Source: Planctomycetota bacterium (GTDB taxonomy: Bacteria > Planctomycetota > GCA-002687715). From it: a stretch of DNA of 33,428 nt. The notes below the pieces were generated by a model. That model was not told where the DNA came from. It did no database searches and worked only from the letters and a program-made list of their open reading frames with translations. Location of the stretch: positions 1 to 33,428 of the forward strand of contig JABSRK010000007.1 in assembly GCA_013213915.1 (NCBI GenBank). Direction: 5' to 3'. This document shows, in pieces, positions 1 to 9,324 of the stretch (position 1 is the stretch's first letter; each line of letters opens with the position of its first letter). A program made the translations under genes and the position numbers.

Positions 1-408
1 GCGTCCGGGGAGATCACCCTCCTCGGAGACGAAATCACGGACGACCTCCTTCACCACGTCGAGGCGCGAGACGCGCGTCCGGTCCCAGCGATTCTCGTCG
101 AGGTCAAGAGCCCGCATGGACTCGGAGCGGTCGATGACGAGTTGGATGGCGACGCCATGGGTCGTCGTGCGAGCGTCCTCACGGCCGCCTTGAGGACGCG
201 CCATGGCGATGACGAGCAGTGCCAACCCCGCGATCTCGAGCACCTGCAACCAACCCTTGATCCGCTGCGCCGTCGTCCGCGGCAACCCCCGCAGTGCGTC
301 GAGGCTGGAGTAGACCACTGTGGGGCGCGGCCGCCGCCGCCGCACCATCAGGACCCCGAAGAGAACGGGGATCAGGACGAGGAACCACGGATGGGCCAGC
401 CTGATCAT
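1..408 (-). CDS. batA: BatA-like von Willebrand factor type A (VWA) membrane protein, N-terminal part only (gene runs off the left edge)
   Basis: Absent from the ORF track because there is no stop in the window. Minus-strand translation from ATG 408 (alternative ATG 423) reads MIRLAHPWFLVLIPVLFGVLMVRRRRPRPTVVYSSLDAL...GVAIQLVIDRSESM. This is a BatA-type N-terminal TM region followed by a VWA MIDAS DxSxS motif. The start overlaps the upstream stop as ATGA. The gene lies downstream of moxR and DUF58. Confidence 0.75.
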   Translation of the reverse strand, partial: MIRLAHPWFLVLIPVLFGVLMVRRRRPRPTVVYSSLDALRGLPRTTAQRIKGWLQVLEIAGLALLVIAMARPQGGREDARTTTHGVAIQLVIDRSESMRALDLDENRWDRTRVSRLDVVKEVVRDFVSEEGDLPGR

Positions 409-1418
409 ATCGATGGCGCGCATGCCTCAGCCTGCTCCGAGTTCAACCCACAGAACACGTAGGCCGCGTCCACGGCCTCGTCAACGTCGTTGCTACCGGG
501 TACCTGAGCCGCGTACTTCACCAGGTCCGCTGCTTCCAGGAACCGCCCCAGCGCCTGCCGCTTCTGCACGGGGAAGGCCTCGTGCCCTTCGACCTCGCGA
601 AGAAACTCCTCCGTGGTGCGATCGGGCGCGTCCACCCCCGTCGTACGTTCGATGAAGAGGCGAACGATACCCGTCAGCTCGACGTAGAACGCAGCGAACG
701 CCCCCTTCTCGACCAGCCCCTTGCCCATGAGCACCTCGAGGGCGCGCCGAGCTTCGACCAGTGGATCGAGGGGCGGCGGCATCCAGTCCGCGCGGCGGCG
801 ACGCTGCCGCCAGACGAGCCCGGTCAGCACCAGCAAGACAGCCCCTCCCGCCAACGCCACCCACAGGGTGAGCTGGCCCCGCTCCCGCGGTGGCAGCGGC
901 AGCGGAGGCAACGGATCGCCCACGTCCGCCAGGGTCGGCCGCTGGTCCGGGGCCAGTCCCGCGACGTCCATCTCGAACGCGGGGATGCGCAGCGCCTGCA
1001 CGGTGCCGGCCCCCTCTCCTCGGACGACCTCAAACACGATGGGCGGCAGCTTGCCGATGTTCGTGCCCGTGCGCTCGGGCTCGACATGGAGCCCGTAGAC
1101 CACAGGACCGCCTCTTGTGCGCGGGGGGTCCTTGCGACCGACCCGCCGAAAGTGGCCGATCCGGTCGGTGAATTCAATGGGCTCGAGCCTGACACGCGGG
1201 TCGTGCACGATCTCCAGCACCATCTGGAAACGATCCCCGAAACGCGGCTCGGTGACGTCCGTACGTACGGTTGCCCGAACCGGGCCGAGTGACGCCTCGG
1301 CGAGCACGTGCGTGGCCGCGGCGACCCCGACGCTGACATCAGGACCGCGTATCTCCGCATCGCCGCACGCGCTGCAAAGGACGACGGCGGCAACGGATAC
1401 CAGCAGGCGCCGCGTCAC
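405..1418 (-). CDS. Bat-operon membrane protein: BatD-like extracytoplasmic N-terminal half fused to a TM helix and a DUF4381-like C-terminal half
   Basis: 337-aa ORF with a GTG start that overlaps the DUF58 stop (GTGA). It has a signal/lipoprotein-like N-terminus (MTRRLLVSVAAVVLCSACG), a single TM helix (LTLWVALAGGAVLLVLTGLVW) followed by RQRRRR, and a helical C-terminal region typical of the gene after DUF58 in Bat operons. The family call is from memory, not a search. Confidence 0.6.
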   Translation of the reverse strand: MTRRLLVSVAAVVLCSACGDAEIRGPDVSVGVAAATHVLAEASLGPVRATVRTDVTEPRFGDRFQMVLEIVHDPRVRLEPIEFTDRIGHFRRVGRKDPPRTRGGPVVYGLHVEPERTGTNIGKLPPIVFEVVRGEGAGTVQALRIPAFEMDVAGLAPDQRPTLADVGDPLPPLPLPPRERGQLTLWVALAGGAVLLVLTGLVWRQRRRRADWMPPPLDPLVEARRALEVLMGKGLVEKGAFAAFYVELTGIVRLFIERTTGVDAPDRTTEEFLREVEGHEAFPVQKRQALGRFLEAADLVKYAAQVPGSNDVDEAVDAAYVFCGLNSEQAEACAPSI

Positions 1419-2326
1419 CGGGCCCGACCCTCCCGCATGCGAAAGAACCGGTGCAGGCTCGCGGTGTACGGTTGATCCGTGCGCACGGGGAGCTGGTCTA
1501 CCCCGCTCTTCTTCATGCGGTCGGTGAGTCCGTCCCGACGACGACGCTGCTCCTCCGCGAACAACGCGCGCACGCGCTCGTGCCGGGTATCGAGCTCGAT
1601 CACCTCGCCGGTCTCGGGGTCCGCCAGAGTCACGAACCCGACGGGCGGCAGGGCGCGTTCACGAGGATCGGACGCCGTGATCGCCACGACATCGTGACGC
1701 GCGTTGGTGACGCGCAGGCTCCGCTCCCAATCCCCATCATCCTGGTAGTCCGAGATCACGAAGACGACGCAGCGACGACGCTGTACCCGCGACACGAACG
1801 AGAGCACTGCGGCGAGATCGGTCCGGCCCTCCGCCTCACGGCGCGAACGCGGAGGATCGGGCTCCGCCGCCACCAGCTCGCGGATGAGACGCTGCGTCGC
1901 CGCACGCCCCTTGCGCGGGGGAAAGTACGACTTCACTTCATCTGAAAAGAGAACGAGGCCGATCTTGTCGTTGTTCTTCTGGGCGCTGAGCATGAGCAGC
2001 GCGCAGACCTCGATCATCAGATCGAATTTCGATCCTTGCTGGGAGCCGAACGCCCCGGACGCCGACACATCGACGGCGAACATGATGGTGAGTTCGCGCT
2101 CCTCGCAGTATCGCTTGACGTATGGCTTGCCCGTACGCGCCGTTACGTTCCAATCGATGGTGCGAACATCATCGCCGGGGCTGTACTCGCGGACCTCGTC
2201 AAACTCCATGCCGCGGCCGCGGAACACGCTCCGGTACTCACCCGCCAACAAGTCATCGACCTGACGGCTTGCGACGATCTGGATGCGTCGAACCTTCTTG
2301 ACGATCTCGGCGACGTCCAGCGGCAC
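1415..2326 (-). CDS. DUF58 domain protein (MoxR-associated, VWA-like)
   Basis: 303-aa ORF containing EYRSVFRGRGMEFDEVREYSPGDDVRTIDWNVTARTGKPYVKRY, the classic DUF58 signature. GGAGG lies upstream of the GTG start. The gene is immediately downstream of moxR. Confidence 0.85.
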   Translation of the reverse strand: MPLDVAEIVKKVRRIQIVASRQVDDLLAGEYRSVFRGRGMEFDEVREYSPGDDVRTIDWNVTARTGKPYVKRYCEERELTIMFAVDVSASGAFGSQQGSKFDLMIEVCALLMLSAQKNNDKIGLVLFSDEVKSYFPPRKGRAATQRLIRELVAAEPDPPRSRREAEGRTDLAAVLSFVSRVQRRRCVVFVISDYQDDGDWERSLRVTNARHDVVAITASDPRERALPPVGFVTLADPETGEVIELDTRHERVRALFAEEQRRRRDGLTDRMKKSGVDQLPVRTDQPYTASLHRFFRMREGRAR

Positions 2327-2350
2327 GGGATGCCTCCTTCGGGGGGACGC

Positions 2351-3340
<990 letters not shown>

Positions 3341-3624
3341 AGCGTCGCTACCTTACGGACGGCGGGCTCCCATTCCAACGGGCACTACGAACCTGGGGAG
3401 CGCGGCCTCCGGCTTGCTCCGGGGGAAAACGACCCAGGGATGGCCGGGGTTCGACCTTAAGGGGCGGCGAAGCCTGCGGCCTACTCGCCAGGCACCAAAG
3501 TCCGCACGACCACGCCGACGTGTCCGTGAAAGCCCCCGGAGAGACCGCAACATCTCCTGTCTCCGCACGCTGTTCCGTGACCGGCCAATCTTCTCGTGTG
3601 CCGGAAACGGCCACATCTTGCAAA

Positions 3625-3864
3625 ATGCGCCCCATGGCCCGCCGTGGATGCATCCTGGCCATCGCCATGCTCGTGGCGATCGCCATGGGACCGGGAGTCG
3701 GTCTCTATCTCGTGAATCCGGATCTGGATGATCCGGAGCCCCGGGTCGCCGCGCTCGGCACCCCGGTCCTGATCCTCTGGGCGCTGGGCTGGCTGGCTGT
3801 CCAGCTGACCATCGTCGTCATCGCGTACCGGACCGTCTGGACAGACGAGGAGAGCGACGGATGA
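3625..3864 (+). CDS. small two-TM membrane protein, DUF3311-like accessory subunit of the downstream symporter
   Basis: Internal ATG at 3625 of ORF 3520..3864. The product has two hydrophobic helices (CILAIAMLVAIAMGPGVGLYLV and VLILWALGWLAVQLTIVVIAY). Its stop overlaps the symporter start as ATGA. The long N-terminal extension in the ORF track looks non-coding. Confidence 0.55.
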   Translation: MRPMARRGCILAIAMLVAIAMGPGVGLYLVNPDLDDPEPRVAALGTPVLILWALGWLAVQLTIVVIAYRTVWTDEESDG

Positions 3865-5441
3865 CCGTTCAACTCGCCACCCTCATTGTCTACCTGCTGG
3901 TGCTGGTGGGCATCGGCCTCGTGGGCTTCCGGCGCTCCAAGCTCACCGAGGAGGACTACTACCTGGCCGGCCGCGGGCAGGGTCTCTTGACGACGGCCCT
4001 CACCATCATGGCGACCATGTTCTCGGCCGCAGCGATCCTGGGGCTGCCGGGAGCCGCATACAGGGACGGCGTCGCGTTCCTGTTCTTCGCGCTGAACCTG
4101 CCGCTCACCGGGTGCCTGGTGTATGTGCTCGGGAGCAAGATCCGCAAGCTCGGCGCCGAGCGCGGTTACGTGACACCGGCCGATCTGGTCGCGGACCACT
4201 ACGGAGGCTCCCACTTCGTACGCCTGATGGTCGCGCTCTGCGGGTTCCTGTTCGTCGTTCCCTACATCGTCATGCAGATCAAGGGCGGCGGGTTCCTGGC
4301 CAAGACGGTGTTCGCCACCGAGGGCAACGCCGAGGAGATCTTTGACACAGGCGCGCTGTTGATGACGGTCGTCACGGTGGGCTACGTGCTGTTGGGCGGC
4401 ATGCGATCCGTCGCCTGGACGGACGTGATCCAGGGCACGCTGATGATCGTCGGCATCTTCATCACGTGCATCGCCACCGTGGCCGCCATGGGCGGAATCT
4501 CGGGGTATCTCGAGAAGGTCTCCGCCCTGCCGCCGGAGGCGCTCTCGGTCCCCGGAGTGTCCAACAGCTACCCGCCGTTCAAGCTCATGACGCTGGCGCT
4601 GTTCGCGGGCGCCGCGTCCCTGGTGCAGCCGGGGCAGTGGATCCGCTTCTACGCGGCGCGCTCGCGGGCGACGCTGCGGCGTTCCGCCCTCGTGTTCTCC
4701 GTCGTCCTGCCGCTGGCGCTGATGGCATCCATGCTGGTTGGGCTCGGAGGCCGCGCCCTCTACCCACCAGAGGTCGTGAACGGCGAGGTCACAGCCCACG
4801 CCGTGATCGAGAAAAACGACCGCGTCGTGCTCCAGCTCATGGAAGACCACATCCCGGAACTCCTGGGCGGATTCGGCGTCGTGGTCCTCTCCCTCATCAC
4901 CGTAGGTGTGGTCGCCGCCACCATGAGCACGGCGGACAGCAATCTGCACGCCCTCGCCGCGGTGGTCACACGCGATGTCTACGACCGCTTCGTCCGACCC
5001 CAGGCGTCTGAACGGGAACGCGCCTGGGTCGGCCGCGGCGTCATCGTCGTCGTGGCCTTGCTAGCGCTGTGGCTGGTCCACCACGGCAACGCCGACCCGG
5101 ACTTCAAGCCCCTCAAGATGATCGCTGACCTGATGTTCCTCGCGATCGCGTTCTCCGCCCAGCTCTTGCCCGCGACCGTCGATGTGCTGTGGCTGAAGCG
5201 AGGGTCGGCCGCGGGCGCCGCGTGGGGCATGGCCGCGGGGCTCGCCACGGTCTTCTGCTTCACACCCTTCGTCGCGTGGGACGGCGGGAAAGACATCAGC
5301 CGCAACTTGGACGTCGGGTTCGTTGGGATGGTGGTGAACGTGGCGGTGTTCGCCGCCGTCACGCTTCTCCGACGCGCTCCAGGTAGAGGTCCCGCCCCTC
5401 CCCCAGCGCCCCCATCTTCGCGTCAGCCACCTCAGGCGTGA
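3861..5441 (+). CDS. sodium:solute symporter (SSS) family transporter
   Basis: 526-aa polytopic membrane protein with the SSS N-terminal signature EEDYYLAGRGQG. It has about 13 hydrophobic segments. Its start is translationally coupled to the small upstream membrane ORF. Confidence 0.85.
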   Translation: MTVQLATLIVYLLVLVGIGLVGFRRSKLTEEDYYLAGRGQGLLTTALTIMATMFSAAAILGLPGAAYRDGVAFLFFALNLPLTGCLVYVLGSKIRKLGAERGYVTPADLVADHYGGSHFVRLMVALCGFLFVVPYIVMQIKGGGFLAKTVFATEGNAEEIFDTGALLMTVVTVGYVLLGGMRSVAWTDVIQGTLMIVGIFITCIATVAAMGGISGYLEKVSALPPEALSVPGVSNSYPPFKLMTLALFAGAASLVQPGQWIRFYAARSRATLRRSALVFSVVLPLALMASMLVGLGGRALYPPEVVNGEVTAHAVIEKNDRVVLQLMEDHIPELLGGFGVVVLSLITVGVVAATMSTADSNLHALAAVVTRDVYDRFVRPQASERERAWVGRGVIVVVALLALWLVHHGNADPDFKPLKMIADLMFLAIAFSAQLLPATVDVLWLKRGSAAGAAWGMAAGLATVFCFTPFVAWDGGKDISRNLDVGFVGMVVNVAVFAAVTLLRRAPGRGPAPPPAPPSSRQPPQA

Positions 5442-6360
5442 GCATCCAGAAGCCGCAGTCCGGATGAACCCAGCAAACGCGGTCTGCGCCGAGGACGTTG
5501 ACGGCGGCCGCGATGCGGTCGGCGACCTCCGCCGGGGTCTCGACCCGTGCATCCTTGATGTCGATGACGCCGATGCCGAGCCCCAGGTCGTCCCGCAGAG
5601 GACGCAGTTGCTCGAGCTCGGCCGGATCGCGCCGCGCCGTCTCCAGGACCAGGTGGTCGGCGTGAAGCGCGTCGAGATGGGGGACCAGGTCCTTCCAGAA
5701 CCCCTCCTGGATGGTCTTGCCTCCGTAGTTCCCGAAGCAGAGGTGCACACCGCACTCACCGGGCGCCGCGTCGAGGACCACGTTCATGGTCTCCACCGCC
5801 CACGACGCGTCCTCGGGGTGCCCCGTGAGATTCGCCTCGTCGACCTGCACCACCGCCGCCGGGACCTCGCGTACCGCATCTGCGAGGGCATCCGCAATGG
5901 CGAACGTGAGTGCATGCAGGTCGCCGTAGTGCGCGTCCATGAGGGTCTTGGCGAGCATGTACGGCGACGTCAGCGTGAGCTTGACCGGATGCTCCGTAAG
6001 GTCCTGGGCCAGGTGCCAGGCGGCGGCGAGATCGAGGGATCCGCGCCCGATCGGTCCGCGAACGATGCCTGGAGGACGGCGTCGGAACGTGACACCCTCC
6101 CGCGCAGCAAACGCCGCGGCCTCCGCATCTGTGATGTCGGTGGCGACGCCGTCGAGGGGCACGACGAACGTCTCGATCATGCCGTTCGTCTCGGGGTGGG
6201 AGGGGTCGAAGCGCAGTAGCTCCCCGTCGGTGACGACGTCGATGCCGCAGTCTTCCTGCGTCCGGAGCAGTGACGCCAGGGCCCCACCCAGGGACGCCTC
6301 GGTGAGGCCCCCTGGCGCCGGATAGGAGCCGACGACGGTCGTGCGCGGCACGCCGGTCAC
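5359..6360 (-). CDS. cobalamin-independent methionine synthase (MetE C-terminal domain)-like methyltransferase, short form
   Basis: 333-aa ORF with a GTG start that overlaps the apaH stop (GTGA). It begins TTVVGSYP and carries MetE-like zinc-ligand contexts (VHLCFGNYGG and VHPDCGFW). Confidence 0.7.
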   Translation of the reverse strand: MTGVPRTTVVGSYPAPGGLTEASLGGALASLLRTQEDCGIDVVTDGELLRFDPSHPETNGMIETFVVPLDGVATDITDAEAAAFAAREGVTFRRRPPGIVRGPIGRGSLDLAAAWHLAQDLTEHPVKLTLTSPYMLAKTLMDAHYGDLHALTFAIADALADAVREVPAAVVQVDEANLTGHPEDASWAVETMNVVLDAAPGECGVHLCFGNYGGKTIQEGFWKDLVPHLDALHADHLVLETARRDPAELEQLRPLRDDLGLGIGVIDIKDARVETPAEVADRIAAAVNVLGADRVCWVHPDCGFWMLTPEVADAKMGALGEGRDLYLERVGEA

Positions 6361-7163
6361 TCCTCCGCGGCCGGAACCTGGAACACGGCGCGATCGTCGA
6401 GACGCAGCGCGGTGAGGTGGCGCCCGTAGACGCAGCCAGAGTCGAGCGCCACTACGCCGTCAGCCATGTGAAGGCCGAGCGTCGACCAGTGACCGAACAG
6501 CAGCGTCTCCTTGCGCTCGGGGCGCCCCGGTGCGAGGAACCATGGGACCGCGTCCCCTGCGTCTCCCCAGCCGGGCCCGAGATGACCCTGCGTAGATGCG
6601 CCGTCGGGCGTTACGTACCGAAGCTGCGTCAGCCCGTGAACGATCGCCGAGAACCTCTCGTGACCCGTCAGCGACGGGTCCCACGCCGACGGAGAGTCTC
6701 GGTACGTCGCGCCGAGCGCGTCGGTCCAGTCGTCAGCTCTCAACATCGCCTCGGCCTCACTGGCACAGGCCAGCGCATCGTCGATGCTCCAGGATGGCCA
6801 CAGTCCGGCGTGGACCATCAGCCAACCGTCCTGCCGGTGGGCGAACGGTCGATGGCGGAGCCAATCGAGCAGCTCGTCACGATCCGACGCCTTCAGCGTC
6901 TTTTTGAACGTGTCACGATCCCTCTTCTCGCGCAGACCATGGCCGGCGGCCAGCAGGTGAAGATCGTGGTTGCCCAGCACCATGACGATGCAGTCCTGGT
7001 GGTCCTTCATCCAACGCAGGACTTTCAGGCTCTTGGGGCCGCGATTGACGACGTCGCCCACGACCCAGAGCACGTCGACGCCGGGATCGAAGGCGACGTG
7101 ATCGAGCAGGCGGCTGAAAGAGTCGTAGCAGCCTTGGATATCTCCGACCGCGTAGGTGGCCAT
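6357..7163 (-). CDS. apaH: symmetrical bis(5'-nucleosyl)-tetraphosphatase (ApaH)
   Basis: From internal ATG 7163 the product reads MATYAVGDIQGCYDSFSRLLDHV...LWVVGDVVNRGPKSLKVLRWM...VLGNHDLHLL. These are the metallophosphoesterase GDxxGC, GDxxNRG and GNHD motifs in ApaH order. The 83 codons upstream in the ORF track look non-coding. Confidence 0.85.
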   Translation of the reverse strand: MATYAVGDIQGCYDSFSRLLDHVAFDPGVDVLWVVGDVVNRGPKSLKVLRWMKDHQDCIVMVLGNHDLHLLAAGHGLREKRDRDTFKKTLKASDRDELLDWLRHRPFAHRQDGWLMVHAGLWPSWSIDDALACASEAEAMLRADDWTDALGATYRDSPSAWDPSLTGHERFSAIVHGLTQLRYVTPDGASTQGHLGPGWGDAGDAVPWFLAPGRPERKETLLFGHWSTLGLHMADGVVALDSGCVYGRHLTALRLDDRAVFQVPAAEE

Positions 7164-7183
7164 GGCTCGTGACGGAGCTTTTA

Positions 7184-7216
7184 CCTTAAGTTGGGGCTCC
7201 CGACCGCATCTTAAGG
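7184..7216. promoter_or_regulatory. 7-bp inverted repeat CCTTAAG-N19-CTTAAGG in the apaH / SGNH divergent promoter region
   Basis: Both arms contain the AT-rich palindrome CTTAAG, which is rare in this GC-rich sequence. A third copy (ACCTTAAGGGG, 3456-3466) lies upstream of moxR. Confidence 0.3.
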
Positions 7217-7325
7217 ACATGAGACACGAGGAGAGTCCTCGGACTCTGTCCCTGGCCAATCTCGGGCTGGAAGCACAAGCCCCCCCTGGCACCGGGTCGA
7301 CAGGAACAATACGGTGCCGGGGGAA

Positions 7326-8462
7326 ATGGACATGTCTGGGTGGGTCTGGATTCCGATGGCGCTCGCCGCGGCCTTGCTCGCGGCAGAGGTCATCTGCCGC
7401 GTCACGCTCCACCGCACGGGCTACTACGTCTGGAAGCCGGGGACCCGCATGCGCCTGAAGATCGACCGCGAGGCGCTACCGCGCCTGTCCGCGGATGCGC
7501 GCTTCTGGATCAACTCCGCTGGTGAACGGAACCTCGCCCCGCCGCCCACCGATGGCGCGGACACGTTCCGTGTCCTCCTGTGCGGAGGTAGCGCCGTCGA
7601 GTGCTACTTCCTCGACGACCAGGTGTCGTGGGCTGGCCAGCTCCAGCGGAGGCTTCGTCGTCCCGAGACGCTGTCCCGCCTCGGACGCGGCGACGCGTAC
7701 GTCGGCAACATCGGACGCTCCGGAACCGGGCCGAGCGAGGCGGTCGCCAAGCTGCTCGACAAGATCGCGCCCCGTTACCCACGTCTCGACGTGATCGGGA
7801 TCATGATCGGCGCCGCCGACATCGTGAACTGGATGCGTCACGGGTGTCCTGTGCCGCTGCAACCCGAGCTCACGACGGACGAGATCTTCGGGCAGCATCC
7901 GGAGGAACGGTTCGGCTGGCATCCCACCCGCACCGCGTTGTACGAGATGTTGCGTCGTTGGAAGAACACACGGAAAGAGGTCGTCCGTGACCGCGTAGGC
8001 AAGAAGCTCATCGAGGTTCGCGCCATGCGAGCCAATGCGCAGGTCGTGAAGGACGCGACACCCGACCCCACACCCATGGTCGATCGCTACGTCAGCTGGC
8101 TTCGCCAAGCCATCCGTCGCGGACTACAGATCGCTGACCGCGTCATCGTCATCCAGCAGCCGTGGTTCGGAAAGGACTGGAGCGATAAGGAGCGTGCCGA
8201 GCTCTGGAACTTCTGCGAGGGACACCCGTACAGCGAACAGATCACGACCTACTACTCACTGGACGTCGCCGCGGATCTCATGGCGCGCCTCGCCACCGAG
8301 AGCGGCAGGGTGGCTGTCGAAGAGGGCGCGGAGACCCTCGACCTCATGCCGGTGCTCGAACCCAGCCTCGATGTCTTCTACGACTTCATCCACCTGACGA
8401 CCCGCGGCTCCTCCGAACTCGCCGACGCGCTCTGCGAGTTGATCGTTGAACCCCCACAATAA
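7326..8462 (+). CDS. membrane-anchored SGNH/GDSL-like hydrolase
   Basis: N-terminal TM helix (WVWIPMALAAALLAAEVICRV). SGNH-like blocks are LLCGGSAVEC, GNIGRSGTG, IMIGAADIV and C-terminal DFIHLT (DxxH). The start is uncertain (GTG 7314, ATG 7326 or ATG 7332). Confidence 0.6.
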   Translation: MDMSGWVWIPMALAAALLAAEVICRVTLHRTGYYVWKPGTRMRLKIDREALPRLSADARFWINSAGERNLAPPPTDGADTFRVLLCGGSAVECYFLDDQVSWAGQLQRRLRRPETLSRLGRGDAYVGNIGRSGTGPSEAVAKLLDKIAPRYPRLDVIGIMIGAADIVNWMRHGCPVPLQPELTTDEIFGQHPEERFGWHPTRTALYEMLRRWKNTRKEVVRDRVGKKLIEVRAMRANAQVVKDATPDPTPMVDRYVSWLRQAIRRGLQIADRVIVIQQPWFGKDWSDKERAELWNFCEGHPYSEQITTYYSLDVAADLMARLATESGRVAVEEGAETLDLMPVLEPSLDVFYDFIHLTTRGSSELADALCELIVEPPQ

Positions 8463-8535
8463 ACACCGTGAGTGGGTTAAGCTGGCGGCAGCGTCAACCG
8501 TCCACGCCTCCCCGATTCCACCAGGGGTCACATCC

Positions 8536-9324
8536 ATGAAGTCCCTTCCCGTCCTGGCCGCGGTGAGTATTTTCGCAGCGTCCGTTTGCAGCCAAGGCCT
8601 GCTCAGTTGCCAGGTCTCGCCGAACCCGGCCACCCCCGGCCAGGGCCTGACGTTCGCCATCCAGGCGACGATCCCGGGCTACCTGCAATCCGGCTGTGGC
8701 ATCAACGAGATCCGGATGGGCAGCCCGACCGGTCCGATCGTCTGGCAGCCGTTCATCTGCCCGTTCCTCCTGATCCTCGTCGGCCCCGGCTCCTCGTCCT
8801 ACGCCTCGCACCCGGGCACGTCGGCTGGAGGCGCTGCCTTCGCACCTGGCCCCTACTACGCGATCATCAACTGGAATTCCGGCGGCGTAGCGCAGCCTTC
8901 GGGCGCGTTCCCGTTCCGCGTCGATGACCCCACGGCGCCGCCACTTCCTGTCCTCTCTTCCGCGGGCGGCCTCGCCGGCGGCCAGACCACGACGCTCACC
9001 CTGACAAGCCCGGCCGACCCCGGCGGGTTCTACATCGCCGCCGCATCCATGACCACGAACACAGGCTGGTTCCTGCCGGGCGGTGGACACGTGGCGCTGG
9101 ACTTGGGCGACCCGATCTTCTCGCTTTCCTATCCGACCCCGCTGCCCAACGTGTTCGGTGGGTTCTCCGGCAGCCTGAACGCGTCCGGAACCACCAGCGC
9201 GATCTCGATCTCGGTGCCCGCGGGTGTCGTCGCCATCGGCACCCCTGGAGCGATCCAGGCAGCCATCATCGACGCGACAGGGAACATCAAGCTGGCGAAC
9301 GCCCTAACCTTTTCGATTCAGTAG
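8536..9324 (+). CDS. secreted Gly/Pro/Thr-rich hypothetical protein
   Basis: Internal ATG 8536 gives a clean signal peptide (MKSLPVLAAVSIFAASVCSQG). The rest has all-beta-like composition and I recognise no domain. The C-terminus is ...LANALTFSIQ. Confidence 0.55.
   Translation: MKSLPVLAAVSIFAASVCSQGLLSCQVSPNPATPGQGLTFAIQATIPGYLQSGCGINEIRMGSPTGPIVWQPFICPFLLILVGPGSSSYASHPGTSAGGAAFAPGPYYAIINWNSGGVAQPSGAFPFRVDDPTAPPLPVLSSAGGLAGGQTTTLTLTSPADPGGFYIAAASMTTNTGWFLPGGGHVALDLGDPIFSLSYPTPLPNVFGGFSGSLNASGTTSAISISVPAGVVAIGTPGAIQAAIIDATGNIKLANALTFSIQ

Noticed and set aside
3441-3470. GGGGTTCGACC, which looks like a tRNA or tmRNA T-loop (GGTTCGA)
   Set aside because: There is no complementary T-stem 3' arm, no acceptor, D or anticodon arms on either strand, and no CCA-proximal stem. 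I treat it as a chance match.
3530-3570. GGAGAGACCGCAAC upstream of the symporter as a possible glycine riboswitch core
   Set aside because: It lacks the ACCGAAGGGGCAA-type conserved loops and the tandem aptamer layout. Only a GGAGAG resemblance remains.
3520-3624. N-terminal extensions given by the ORF track (3520 for the small membrane ORF, 7412 for apaH, 18545 for aceB, 18575 for the regulator, 11724 for htpG, 24385 for yigZ, 8446 for the secreted protein)
   Set aside because: Several of the extended starts I checked (aceB, the regulator, htpG) are GTG or TTG codons, and all of them add Arg/Pro-rich non-homologous sequence. Internal ATGs coincide with the family N-termini, signal peptides, RBS-like motifs or ATGA overlaps.
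3705-4949. 414-aa minus-strand ORF antisense to the symporter
   Set aside because: It has His/Asp/Arg/Gly-rich shadow composition. The opposite strand encodes a well-formed SSS transporter.
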